This document shows positions 41,317 to 52,069 of a stretch of 64,000 bases of DNA, piece by piece. The first letter of the stretch is position 1; the number at the start of each line of letters is the position of its first letter. The stretch lies in sequence record MK250027.1. One strand, 5' to 3'. Made by a program: the position numbers and the translations under genes. A model generated the notes under the pieces. It had not been told where the DNA came from, searched no databases, and saw only the letters and a program-made list of their open reading frames with translations.

Positions 41317-42162
41317 TTACTTATCGTATAATTTTGAAAGTAATGTTAATACTGTAATACTTTTTGGACCATAAGATTCATTTAAAATTTCACATGCACG
41401 TTTAATAGTCTGACCTCTACTAATAGTATTATCAATTAAAAGTATATTTTGACCATTTATAATTTTAGAATATCTTGCATACTTATCAGGTGTAATTTTT
41501 AAGGTGTCTAATAAAGTGTCTCTCATTAAATTATCAGTAACAAGATGACAAGAAAACATACCATTTCGTTCTTCATTCATTTTATCAAAATATAAATGTA
41601 ACTGATCATATGCTTCATCAAATTCTTCTTTATATACTTTTCTAAAATAAGAATCCTTTCTCATTACAATTTCATCAACCTCCTCTACTGTTAATTTACA
41701 TATTACCCCTTCAATTAATTTTGCATCTTTACTTTTTGACATTATAATATCCGCAATATGCTTATTTAATGAATTACCACTTGGTATAATAACAGTAACA
41801 CCTATAGGATATAATTTCGCAAATTTTTCTGCAATTAAATCAAATTGTTTTTCTATTAATTCTTTATCTTTTTCTGATTTGAATTTCCAATCACGTTCAC
41901 CTTTTAATGCATATATTAATGGATTTCCATCACCAGCAGTTCCTCTCTTTCTTTTAAATATAGACCATACATTAACATTAGGTACTAAGTTATTATCTAA
42001 TGATGGATTATTATCAAATGATGTATCTACATTATTTTCATGTTCAGAATTATAAGAAACAAATTTATGAATTCGGTCTATATCTATTCCTTCTATTAAT
42101 TATTTACTATTATTAATTTCTTCAAATAATAATTTCATTACATCTTTTATATTTCTATTCAT
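41317..42162 (-). pseudogene. Phosphoribosyltransferase-like protein interrupted by one in-frame TAA (42100-42102)
   Basis: MNRNIKDVMKLLFEEINNSK(TAA)LIEGIDID...GDGNPLIYALKG...IIPSGNSLN...ILLIDNTISRGQT; the frame is open on both sides. Confidence 0.65.
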
Positions 42163-42232
42163 TACTACAGTATCATTTATTTTAAAAATATCCATAATTA
42201 AAATATTTAAATTATTTATATATAATGTATTA

Positions 42233-42240
42233 CAAAGATA
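42233..42240 (-). promoter_or_regulatory. Class I host-type promoter TATCTTTG
   Basis: ATGTATCTTTGTA. Confidence 0.75.
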
Positions 42241-42371
42241 CATATATTTAATAAAATAAAAAAGTTTATAACATGTAGTTGCAAATTTACCTGTAATTAA
42301 AAAAGATACAGGTTTACCACTATTTTACATGTTGGACGAATGTCAATATTATTATATATATGATATTTATC

Positions 42372-42408
42372 AATAAAGGCAAATCTATTCCTTAGATTTG
42401 CCTTTATT
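42372..42408 (-). terminator. Terminator after polB N-terminal gene
   Basis: 16-bp perfect inverted repeat AATAAAGGCAAATCTA/TAGATTTGCCTTTATT. Confidence 0.8.
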
Positions 42409-42422
42409 CTGCTATTTAATAA

Positions 42423-43973
42423 TTATGTAATTTCTTTTCGTTTTTCAAGTATATGTTTTAATATTTCATATTCTGTATTCGCTATTTTCTTATCCATTTT
42501 TGCTGCTTTACGCAATGCAAAATAATGTGTAAGAATCGCAGGAACAACAGCATTTGGATCTTTTTTATAAACTGCGCCAGAACATGTTTTAATCTCATCA
42601 GATTTTGGGATATAATTCTTATCTTTGAATAAGAATGATTCAGGAGAAATTTGAAATTGTCTCATTATAGATGGATATAGTGACGCGAAATCTAATCCAC
42701 CTATATATTTAAATATTCCTGGTCTAGTTGGCCACACAAAAGCTCCAACATATTGATTATCAGTTAGTTCTGTGTTTTTATTAAATGGTTTTTCTGGTAT
42801 TACCTTATAATTTGGGTACACAAAGTTACACATAACAACATGTGTTGGTTGAATTGTAGAGAATGCGACATTTAGTTCAAGTCTCAATTCACATGCGAGC
42901 ATATACCAAATTTCAGCAGTCTTTAAGAATCTGTCTATATGTTCAACCAATATGGTATCGATGCAGTTATAGAAAACATATTCTTTGAAATGTTCTTCGA
43001 AGAATTCTTTGAATCCCCACGGGTGATTTACCTTCTTGATACCTAACGCTTTTTCTGCGACAAAATCAAGTGTATTATTTTCTTTTGGTTGGATAGTCAT
43101 GTCCCATGTTTTATAAACCAATAAGTAGTCATAAATTATTTTATGCATAGGGACTTTCACATTGATTGTTTTACCACCGGATCTTGGAGTAATCTTAAAG
43201 TTTGTGAATGTTCTTGTAGGAGAAATTCTTTCAATATCAATATTATTGATTTTACATCTATTATAGATATATAACCAGTCGAATCCTAGAAAATTCCATC
43301 CAGACATTGCAGGAATTGGTTCGATGAATGTTATATAGTCTTCAAGCATTTCCCGTTCTGTTGGAAAAAATCTGAATTCAAATTTATATCCTTTTGTAAT
43401 ATCTGATCCATTGTTTTCCTATGAATACTTATCGATTTGTTCTTGGACCCATTGTTGTTCTTCTAATGTTAAGTCTTTACGTGACCAAATGATAGTCCTA
43501 GGAAATTGTGTCATTGATATAGTATTGATACGAGTTGACGCTTCTTCTGGATCTGGAAATCCTTCATCTGAAACTTCTGTCTCAATATCACACCACCATG
43601 TTGGAGGAATATTCATTTCAAACAGAGGATCAACTGCATGTCCAAATGAATTAAGAATTTCATTTATTCTTAATTCAGGAAGTTTATCAACAGGATGCCT
43701 ACGAACCCATTTATTATCATAAGATTTCCATTGGTGCATAACAGGTGAACCGTCTGGATTAAACTTATAACATTTGTTTACAAAATCATATTCTTGAAAT
43801 GGAGGATCTGCATTTTGTCTGTTTGTATATTTCCATTCGAACATTGATTCTTTAGGAACAGGATATTGAAGGAATTTAACTTGTCCTTGTTTATCTATAT
43901 ATGATACTATTAATTTCTTTGTCGGTGTGCCATCAGGCAATAAATAATCTACCTATTCTTTATTAATTATCAT
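42423..43973 (-). CDS. polB: Family B DNA polymerase, N-terminal piece (exonuclease plus motif A), 516 aa (two TAG)
   Basis: Joins 43419..43940 and 42423..43349. WWCDIET (ExoI), GWNFLGFDW (ExoII), YNCID (ExoIII), DFASLYPSIM (motif A). Ends with TAA in the fingers helix. Confidence 0.9.
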
Positions 43974-43998
43974 AAATGTATAATGATATATTTTCTGA

Positions 43999-44607
43999 TT
44001 AAATTATTTTAGATATTATCTTTAATTTAAGAGCTTCTTCTGAAGTAAGAATCCAATCTTTCTTTCTTGAATAATTATCCTCAAGTTCTTTTCTTGTTAT
44101 TGCTGTTTCTTCAATGATTAATTTATATATCATTTCAGTAAGTCTCTTCGCTTCTTTAACATCATCTTCTAAATCTGCTGTTTTCCCGATTGCAACAGAA
44201 GATGCTTGATGAATTAAGAATGTTGTATTCTTGGTCGCGAATCTTTGTTCATAAGGAACAGAAAGAAGAATACAAATACCTGTAGACATACATGCGCCAG
44301 TTGCAGTGATATTTGTCTTGCAATGATTATTAAGCATTATTAACATATCATGAATTGCATAACCTTGATAACATGTTCCTCCATATGTGTCTAACCATAC
44401 ATTAACATCTGGTATTTTAATTTCTTCTTTTATATTATGACCGAAAAATTCTTTTAATGCTTTTTTATTCTCATCAATTATATTATTATCCCCTGTAATT
44501 AAATTAGTTACCCATTTAATAATATCATCTGATGTTTTTTCATCAATATCTTCTGTAATATATAAATTTCTCTTTGTTACATCAAATGTCTACAATTTAT
44601 TTTCCAT
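43999..44607 (-). CDS. clpP: Second, divergent ClpP-family protease, 202 aa (TAG at codon 6)
   Basis: WLDTYGG...ACMST (Ser)...FLIHQA (His)...KDWILTSEEAL; read-through N-terminus to ATG 44607. Confidence 0.85.
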
Positions 44608-44643
44608 ATATTAAAATTTATTAAATATAATTTTAGTTTAAAT

Positions 44644-44672
44644 ATTATAGTGAGAAAATTGCGATTTGTTTA
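44644..44672 (-). promoter_or_regulatory. Class II promoter TAAACA-N17-TATAAT
   Basis: Upstream of the clpP2-polB(N) unit. Confidence 0.6.
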
Positions 44673-44752
44673 TATATAAAAAAGAGATAATAGAATTAAA
44701 ATAAACTCTATTATCTCTAAAAATATATTTTCATTATTATAAAAAAAGATTG

Positions 44753-45391
44753 TTATCTTCTACCACCGAAATGTCCACCACCATTAAAATTACCAGGTCT
44801 TCCTTGAGTAACTCTCGTTGAACTTCTATCTGACCCAAATCCTTGAGGTCTTCTCTGTTGATTACCAAAATTAGGTCTACCGCTCTGTGGTGGGCGTTGC
44901 ATATTATTTGGTTTATTAGGTTGTTGTCCATTTCCAAATGATGGTCTATTATTAGGTCTACCATAATTCATTGGCTGATGATTATGTTTCATAGGAGGAT
45001 TTCTAAAATCATTTGGTCTTCCAGATCGCATAGGCGGTTTTCTAAATTCATAACCACGTGGTGCAGGTCTCATAAAATGTCTATAACCTGGATGGTAATG
45101 ATATACAAATCCCCTTGGTTTCATATAAGGGGATGGATAAAAATACCAATAATTATTATACCTATATGGATAATAATAGATTCCTCTATATAAGTAATAA
45201 CTTAAAATATTATCTATATAATATGGTGTTCCATACATAATGACTGTAGAAAAATCTACTGTAGTTGAAACGGTTGTATATGTATCGTCATCATACTGTT
45301 GTGTAGATGCGAATGTTGTTGAACATGCTGAAAATGAAATAACAGCAAATAACATAATCAAAAAATATTTAATCTTTTTCATAATCAACAC
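44753..45391 (-). CDS. Bacteroidota-type lipoprotein with Tyr-rich core and Pro/Gly/Arg-rich tail
   Basis: MKKIKYFLIMLFAVISFSAC lipobox; low-complexity C-terminus. Confidence 0.8.
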   Translation of the reverse strand: MLIMKKIKYFLIMLFAVISFSACSTTFASTQQYDDDTYTTVSTTVDFSTVIMYGTPYYIDNILSYYLYRGIYYYPYRYNNYWYFYPSPYMKPRGFVYHYHPGYRHFMRPAPRGYEFRKPPMRSGRPNDFRNPPMKHNHQPMNYGRPNNRPSFGNGQQPNKPNNMQRPPQSGRPNFGNQQRRPQGFGSDRSSTRVTQGRPGNFNGGGHFGGRR

Positions 45392-45466
45392 ACTTTTTAT
45401 TATTTATATGATTTAATACATAATTTCTCTACAGTAAATTCATATTTGTTAGTATGAAAATTCATA

Positions 45467-45931
45467 TTACTTAATACCAAGATGTCTGTCTATCTCATCT
45501 TGCGTCTTTACATTATAAACCATTTCATTGATACCGAAATCTTCACTACCAAATACAATACCATCTTCATCTACACTGTAATTAGAGACAGACTTCATAT
45601 ATTCAAGTTTCTTTTTATCTGATGGCATTGCTTTCGCTCTCTTATGATCATCAAAATATTGATCTTTATAAAACATCCAATAATCAAGAATATCTTTATC
45701 TGATTGTTTTTTGATTGCATCAAATGCTTCATCTTTTGTTTTATATGGACCTCCAAGTTTCCAGCCCACACGATATGCATGAATTTCATCTTGTGTCATA
45801 TCACCTGTATAAACATCTTCCATGTTAGAATACCATGTGAAGTATTCCTCTACATTCTTTGATTCATTAACAGATGTTGAATTACTATTCATTACAGCAT
45901 TGTAAAATTCATTCTTTTGCTTTGTATTCAT
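45467..45931 (-). CDS. Hypothetical protein
   Basis: 154-aa ORF after a class I promoter. Confidence 0.8.
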   Translation of the reverse strand: MNTKQKNEFYNAVMNSNSTSVNESKNVEEYFTWYSNMEDVYTGDMTQDEIHAYRVGWKLGGPYKTKDEAFDAIKKQSDKDILDYWMFYKDQYFDDHKRAKAMPSDKKKLEYMKSVSNYSVDEDGIVFGSEDFGINEMVYNVKTQDEIDRHLGIK

Positions 45932-45966
45932 AATTTCAAATATTTTAATATGTTTAACTTACAATA

Positions 45967-45974
45967 CAAAGATA
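45967..45974 (-). promoter_or_regulatory. Class I host-type promoter TATCTTTG
   Basis: ATGTATCTTTGTA. Confidence 0.8.
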
Positions 45975-45998
45975 CATAAAATATTTGATATTAAAAAA

Positions 45999-46658
45999 TT
46001 ATTGTATTGTAATATTATATGTCCAACCATCTTTATTATATATTTGAGAGTCACTGGGAAAATAAACTACTCCAGCGTTTGGTATATCATATGTTCTAGT
46101 TTGATATTTTGAGGACGATTCTCCTATATTCATTGTTAGACTTACTACAGTTTCAGAAGAAGTATATCTTATAACCATATCTACAACAATAGTATTTCCT
46201 ACTGGTGAATTATTTTTATAAAAATAATTTTTTACTAAATATGCACCATAAATCATTTTTGAACTATTCTGCATATTATACACAAACATTATATCTGCTT
46301 TTCTTTCATACACAGTAACAGTTTGCTAAACTTGGAATAATATATTTCCATTATACTTAAAAGTAATAAGGCGTGAAGATGTTGTTTCTGAGATATTATA
46401 GTATATTGACCGACCTGTTGTTTTATCTTCACTACTAGCTGCGTCACTGACACTCGCAGAGCATCCAGATGTATCGCATGTTAATGAAAAAGTATCATTT
46501 CCTAATTTATTATTAAAATTACCATCAATATCCTATAAACCAAAAAATACCTATCTTGTTGGTAGAACACCAAAAGCACTTGTATCTAACATGCCACTTT
46601 TTGCATCCTAATTTATTTGCATAATATTTGTACCTGTATATTTCTAAAAAGTTGACAT
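45999..46658 (-). CDS. Beta-rich protein, possible BACON/Ig-like domain, 219 aa (five TAG)
   Basis: Read-through from ATG 46658; N...SETTSSRLITFKYNG...V(TAG)Q resembles a BACON C-terminal strand pattern. Confidence 0.55.
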
Positions 46659-46730
46659 AAAATAAAAAGTATTTTTATATCTACACCCCAATATGAAATA
46701 CTATAACTTATTTTACATAACTAATAAATA

Positions 46731-47624
46731 ATGAAAAATAATTATTCATTTCAAATGAATTCTAAATAGATAGGGAAATTAATATATAATTTGGATTTGG
46801 GAAAATTCAATTATAAAACAAAATTATTTGAATCTAATAATAAAGATAATTGGTGGAGAAATGAAGAATCATATAATACAATAAAATATCATCCATTAAA
46901 TTCAAATACAAATAATCTATTGTATAAAGAATATGAACAAGAATATCTATATGAAGGATTAATAAGTTCAGTAGAACCAAATAAAACAAAAAATATATTA
47001 GATAGAAATGCTGGAGGATTTATACATGATATACGCATTGTATATAATCCTTTATAGTTAGATATGAAAACACCAGTTATTGATTTCTTTATATATAAAG
47101 AAGATTATTATGATTTAGAATATGGTAAAATTGCATATGATGAATTATTAACATTAATTAATAATTTAGGATATTTTGTATCAGGTAAAACAGAATTATC
47201 AGATATTATAAATGTTGTTATAATGCCAAAATTTTTATACGAAGTAACATATGAAATATATAAAGGAGATGACTTTTTATTTCATATAACTCCATTATAG
47301 AATAAAAAGAAAATATTACAAAAAGGATTAATACCAAAATATAAAAATTATAGGTTAGATAATTATCCAGATAGAATATATTTTTATACAAGTAAGCAAG
47401 AATCTAAATTAAATTTATTATGTAAAAATTTATCTAATAATACATGTATAAAAGATTGGTTAATTCTTAAAGTAAATATTAAAGATAAAAAAAGTTATAA
47501 AGAAAATGATAAATCTACAATGTACAGATTTTTTGAAGATCCAAAATCATAGTATGGCATTTTTACATATGAAAATATAGATCCTTAGTGTATATCTATA
47601 TATAAAGAAATAAGGTTATCATAA
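46731..47624 (+). CDS. ADP-ribosyltransferase-fold (Tpt1/DUF952-like) domain protein, 297 aa (five TAG)
   Basis: Joins 46791..47057 and 47064..47300 plus an untracked tail: LFHITP...KKILQKGLIP...YPDRIYF...FEDP...GIFTYENIDP. Confidence 0.65.
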
Positions 47625-47642
47625 ATATTGATAACCTTATTT
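47608..47642. terminator. Bidirectional terminator
   Basis: AAATAAGGTTATCA/TGATAACCTTATTT. Confidence 0.8.
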
Positions 47643-47648
47643 TTATAT

Positions 47649-48299
47649 TTAATAAATTCTACATTCAACTGATTGATCAACTTCTCTCTCCATACAATAA
47701 CTTGCAAAGAAATCAGCTTGCATAATCAACACTGACAAAGGAACTTTCTGATATGACTGTTGCATAGAAGGTTTTTGATAATTACTCATCCATGCTCCAA
47801 TATCACTCATACCCATATGCCACATTATAGCACACAATTCTTCACCACTCAACTTAATAAATGATTGCGCAATGAAAATAGACTTCGGTGCATGTCCAAG
47901 TGGAAGTTTCTCGTCTATCTTATATGAATAATACTTAATCCATTGGTTAGACTCATCTTTCTTAAACTTTTCATACATTACATAATTATTTGCTTTACAC
48001 AAATCATGTAACAATGCGCAAATAATTAATGAATCTTCAGAAATACTATCAATGTTTTTCTCTGGAAGTGCCAACTTTTTATATGTCTCTAAAAATCCTT
48101 TGGCCGCATAATATACATTCAATGAATGCTGACATAATCCTCCCGGATAATTACAATGATAAATCGTAGAAGACGGTGCTTCAAAGAAATCTGATTTCTC
48201 TGAAAGCCAACTAATCAAATTCTCAATACCTTCACGCTTTGTACTTCTAAGTAACTCAATAAATTCTTGTTTATTCTTCTCTTTTACTATTTGATCCAT
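47649..48299 (-). CDS. HD-domain hydrolase
   Basis: APSSTIYH...GGLCQHSLNV...LLHDLCK...GH...WHMG...QAD. Confidence 0.9.
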   Translation of the reverse strand: MDQIVKEKNKQEFIELLRSTKREGIENLISWLSEKSDFFEAPSSTIYHCNYPGGLCQHSLNVYYAAKGFLETYKKLALPEKNIDSISEDSLIICALLHDLCKANNYVMYEKFKKDESNQWIKYYSYKIDEKLPLGHAPKSIFIAQSFIKLSGEELCAIMWHMGMSDIGAWMSNYQKPSMQQSYQKVPLSVLIMQADFFASYCMEREVDQSVECRIY

Positions 48300-48335
48300 A
48301 AAATTTATTATGTTTAAAAATTAATAATTATATTC

Positions 48336-48364
48336 ATTATATAATTATACTTTATAAAAGTTTA
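48336..48364 (-). promoter_or_regulatory. Class II promoter TAAACT-N17-TATAAT
   Basis: Upstream of the HD gene. Confidence 0.6.
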
Positions 48365-48452
48365 TATAAACAATTCATATTATTTTTATATAATAATTAA
48401 ATTATAATTTTTACAATTAATATAAATAGTATAAATTAAATAATTTAGATAA

Positions 48453-49058
48453 ATGAAATACGTTACTGCAAAAGAAGCAAAGAAATATTTTTAGATTTCA
48501 GGGTAGACACTAAAAACGTGGAAAGATTCTAATAAAATCTTAACGAAACAATTTTCATACAAGAAGATTTTGTATGATATTGATTCTGTAAATAATGATA
48601 ATGTTAATTTAAATAATAGAAAAAACGTAATATATGCACGAGTTTCATGTAGTAATTAGAAATAGTCATTAGATAATCAGATAGAATTAATTAAATCATA
48701 TATGATTTCTAATGGTATTAAAGTGGATGATATATATTCAGAAATTGCTTCTGGACTAAATGAAAATAGGAAAGAATTATCTAGATTAATTCATGATATA
48801 GATAATGAATAGATTAATACTGTATATATATCATTTAAAGATAGACTAACTAGATTTGGATTTAATTATTTTAAATCAATGTTTGAAAATCATGGAACTA
48901 AAATAATTATATTAGACGAAAATGAAGAAACAAATAAAGATTATAAAACAGAATTAGTTGAAGATTTAATATCTATTATACATCATTATTCTACTAAATT
49001 ATATTCAAATAGAAGGAAAGAATTGAAAGAAATAGAAAAAATTATAAAAAATGAATAA
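48453..49058 (+). CDS. tnpA: IS607-family serine transposase, 201 aa (five TAG; absent from track)
   Basis: N-terminal HTH (TAKEAKKYF..ISG.TLKTW), IYARVSCSN(TAG)K(TAG)SLDNQ, SEIASGLN, KDRLTRFGF, ELVEDLISII. Confidence 0.9.
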
Positions 49059-49107
49059 TTTTTAAAATAATTTAGATAAATATTATAAAGATTATAAAAG
49101 TTATAAA

Positions 49108-50457
49108 ATGCAAGTATTGAAGATTAAATATCAAACAGATGATTAGTCATTAGATATTATACAGGATTATATGAGACAATATAGTTCTGTATAGCATTTT
49201 GTATATAATAGAAATCAAGAAGGTAAATCATAGAAAGATATAAAATAGCAACTTAAATCTTTAAATAATGTAGATTTATTAGATAGTTGGTTTATTCAAT
49301 GTTCTTTCTATGATATTCCAAATAAAAATAATGTAATATTTGGTGGAAAGAAAAATTACTTTTAGAGATTAAAGAATAATATTACTAAAGAACAATTTAA
49401 ATAGAAACGATTATCAGCTATATATTCAATAGGTGAAGTAGTTAATAAATCAGTTAAAGGAAACAGAAAATTTCATATAGAACAAGATTTAGAAAATATT
49501 ACTTTCAAACCTAATAAATCTACTAAAATAAATTTACAACTTATAGGACTAAATAAACGTAAATAGATTCTATCAAAACTTTATTAGAAACAAGAACAAA
49601 AAGAAATAAAGATAGCTTATAAGTTAGACTTAGAATATGTTTATATAATATTTGATGAAACTAATATTTATAATTATAAAACTAAATTTATAAAGAATAG
49701 AGTTCTCTCATTGGATTTGAATCCTAATTATATAGGATGGAGTATTGTTAATTGGAAATCAGAATCAGAATTTGATGTAGTTAAATCTGGTATTTATTCT
49801 ATTAAAAAGTTAAATGATAAAGATTTTAATTTAAAGAATAAAGGGTATAGTTCTGAATCTAATGAAAGAAAATATATAAGTAATAAACGTAATTTTGAGA
49901 CTATATAGATAGTAAAGAATTTAATTAATAAAGCAATATATTATAAATGTCAATTAATTTCTATTGAAGATTTAAATATTAAATCAAGTGATAAAGTGTT
50001 TGGTAAGAGATTTAACAAGTTAGTTAATAATTCATGGTGTAGGAATACATTTGTAAATAATTTAATTAAACGATGTAATATATTCAATATAAAGTTATTA
50101 AAAGTTAAACCGGAATATAGCTCATTTATTGGTAACTTTTTATACCGTTCATTAAATTTACCTGATATGGTATTAGCGTCAATAGAAATTGGACGTAGAG
50201 GATATGAGTTTTATAATCAATATATAAGTAAAACTAAAGAGATAAAAAAGAATATAATTCAACCTGATTTAAATATGTATCAAAGGTTGTACCTTAAGTC
50301 ATTGGAAGAATTTAAGTTACAACCTACATACAAGGATTTGATTGGACTATATTACTTCTTCAAAAAGTCGAAACTTAAATATCGACTTTCTACAGATTAG
50401 TTTAATCTGTAGTTTTACAGATTTTATTCAAATGTAAGTTTAATTACATTTATATAA
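49108..50457 (+). CDS. tnpB: TnpB-related RuvC nuclease lacking the Zn finger, 449 aa (eleven TAG)
   Basis: VLSLDLNP (RuvC-I), ISIEDL (RuvC-II), PEYSSFIGN...PDMVLASIEIGRR (RuvC-III); joins 49711..49908 and 49996..50400. Confidence 0.85.
50371..50441 (+). ncRNA. Candidate omega/reRNA scaffold overlapping the tnpB 3' end
   Basis: Perfect hairpin CTACAGATTA-GTT-TAATCTGTAG nested in AAACTTA/TAAGTTT, at the position expected for TnpB guide scaffolds. Confidence 0.45.
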
Positions 50458-50541
50458 ATTATAAATGTTATAATTTAATACAATAAAATTATTTAAATAT
50501 ATGAAAACTAAATAAAAACATAAGATAAAATAAATTTAATT

Positions 50542-52047
50542 ATGAAAACTAAATTATTGATTTTTTTAATGTGTGCATTCAGTTTTATAGGATTTACTGG
50601 ATGTTCTACAGAAGTAGAGAACAACAACACTATCATTATTCCAGGTTATAATGGAACTGAGGTGGTGAAGACAGGTTCTAACTTACTTGTCAATGTTGGA
50701 GAAAATAAGTATGGTGAGAAAACACAAGCATTATCAAGAGTAAAAGCAATAACACGTGCATCCGTTGATAAATCAACTATTTCGATTACAACAGATGATC
50801 AAATCAATACACCTACAATTGGTTTGTATTCAAACTATGCATGGAATACTTACACTAATGGTCAGCAAATCTATGTTGGTGCAAGCAATGGTTATCTTTT
50901 TGCAACAACATCATTGACAACACCTTACAAAACCGAATGGAATGTTAATAATACCATAAGTAATGGTGTACTTACATTGACATCACAGATGTTGGATGAC
51001 AAATATGCTAAGCCTGTTCCTGTGACATTCTGGGGTAATCATTCATTAGTAACATCAAGTGTAGAAAAAACAATCTTTGATCCTAATGATAATGATTGGA
51101 AGAATATGGCAGTGACAAGTACAACAAAGTCTGTTGCTATCTCAAAGTCTATTGAATACGCAAATTCAGCTGTTAGAATGAATTTGACATTAGGAACAGA
51201 AGGTGTTCTTTGTTGGTATGACAAGTATGATACATCAAAAGATGAAGCTGATGTTACAACAGTAAAGATAACAGAAGATAATATCAATACTATGCCAACT
51301 TCTGAGACAAAGACTTATGAAGTAAATGGTAAACAATATAAAATTATCAATATTGATAATATTGGTAGCAAGACCGTAGGAAATTACTTGCATTACAAAG
51401 CAGGTTATGCTATAAAGATTGCACAAACGGACAAAGGTACAGGAAACTGGCACTTCATTGGTCCTAATGAATCAGATGACATCAACTATGAAGTTCTTGA
51501 AGCACGCATTGTTTCATCTAAATCTTGTACTTATAAGAATGAATATCAATATGAACCAAGTTCAGATGAAGTTACTTATAAGTATGAGTTGAATGAATCA
51601 CTTCAATCAGGTGAGAATGCAGTATTCTCTATTATGCCAACATCAGAAAAATCATCTGTTGTCGTTTTGAAATGTAAAATCACAAAATTCCCAACGCAAG
51701 ATCATGATAGATTCCTTTGGTATATCAAAGAATCAATAAAAGATAATTCACCTTACATAAAAGTTGGTGATAACTCTACATTCTATATCATTGGAAAGAT
51801 TTCAACATCTGACAAGACAATACCTACAGGTTCACCTTACTCAACAACATGGAACAAAGGTATTTATTGTCCTGATGTAATAACTAATGTAAATGTACAT
51901 ATTGATGATCTCACGGTAAATGGTTCCGTTGTAGTTGATCCAGATGGTTCAGATGAAACAGATATTAATAAGATACATTATAATTTCGATTATGAATATG
52001 GTACTATGGATGGTGTTTGGACAACAGGAAATACAACAAAACATTAA
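50542..52047 (+). CDS. Bacteroidota lipoprotein, possibly fimbrillin (type V pilin)-like
   Basis: 501 aa, lipobox FTGC, ITRA motif after the N-terminal segment, Thr/Ser-rich beta content, higher GC, no TAG. Confidence 0.6.
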   Translation: MKTKLLIFLMCAFSFIGFTGCSTEVENNNTIIIPGYNGTEVVKTGSNLLVNVGENKYGEKTQALSRVKAITRASVDKSTISITTDDQINTPTIGLYSNYAWNTYTNGQQIYVGASNGYLFATTSLTTPYKTEWNVNNTISNGVLTLTSQMLDDKYAKPVPVTFWGNHSLVTSSVEKTIFDPNDNDWKNMAVTSTTKSVAISKSIEYANSAVRMNLTLGTEGVLCWYDKYDTSKDEADVTTVKITEDNINTMPTSETKTYEVNGKQYKIINIDNIGSKTVGNYLHYKAGYAIKIAQTDKGTGNWHFIGPNESDDINYEVLEARIVSSKSCTYKNEYQYEPSSDEVTYKYELNESLQSGENAVFSIMPTSEKSSVVVLKCKITKFPTQDHDRFLWYIKESIKDNSPYIKVGDNSTFYIIGKISTSDKTIPTGSPYSTTWNKGIYCPDVITNVNVHIDDLTVNGSVVVDPDGSDETDINKIHYNFDYEYGTMDGVWTTGNTTKH

Positions 52048-52069
52048 TTATTAAGTTATTATAAAATTA

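Larger units (their letters stand above)
48438..50457 (+). mobile_element. IS607-type element (tnpA serine recombinase plus tnpB); ends not resolved
   Basis: Adjacent tnpA and tnpB visible only under code 15. A 17-bp direct repeat AAATAATTTAGATAAAT precedes each ORF (48438, 49065). Confidence 0.8.

Noticed and set aside
46659-46718. ATG TAA opening a possible N-terminal extension of 45999..46658
   Set aside because: Could be another TAG-to-TAA lesion, but a good ATG exists at 46658 and the extension has no supporting motif.
27170-48428. T4-type late promoter TATAAATA (27170, 31932, 35160, 42213, 45401, 48421)
   Set aside because: Plausible before the protease and other late genes, but an all-A/T 8-mer is expected dozens of times by chance at this composition.
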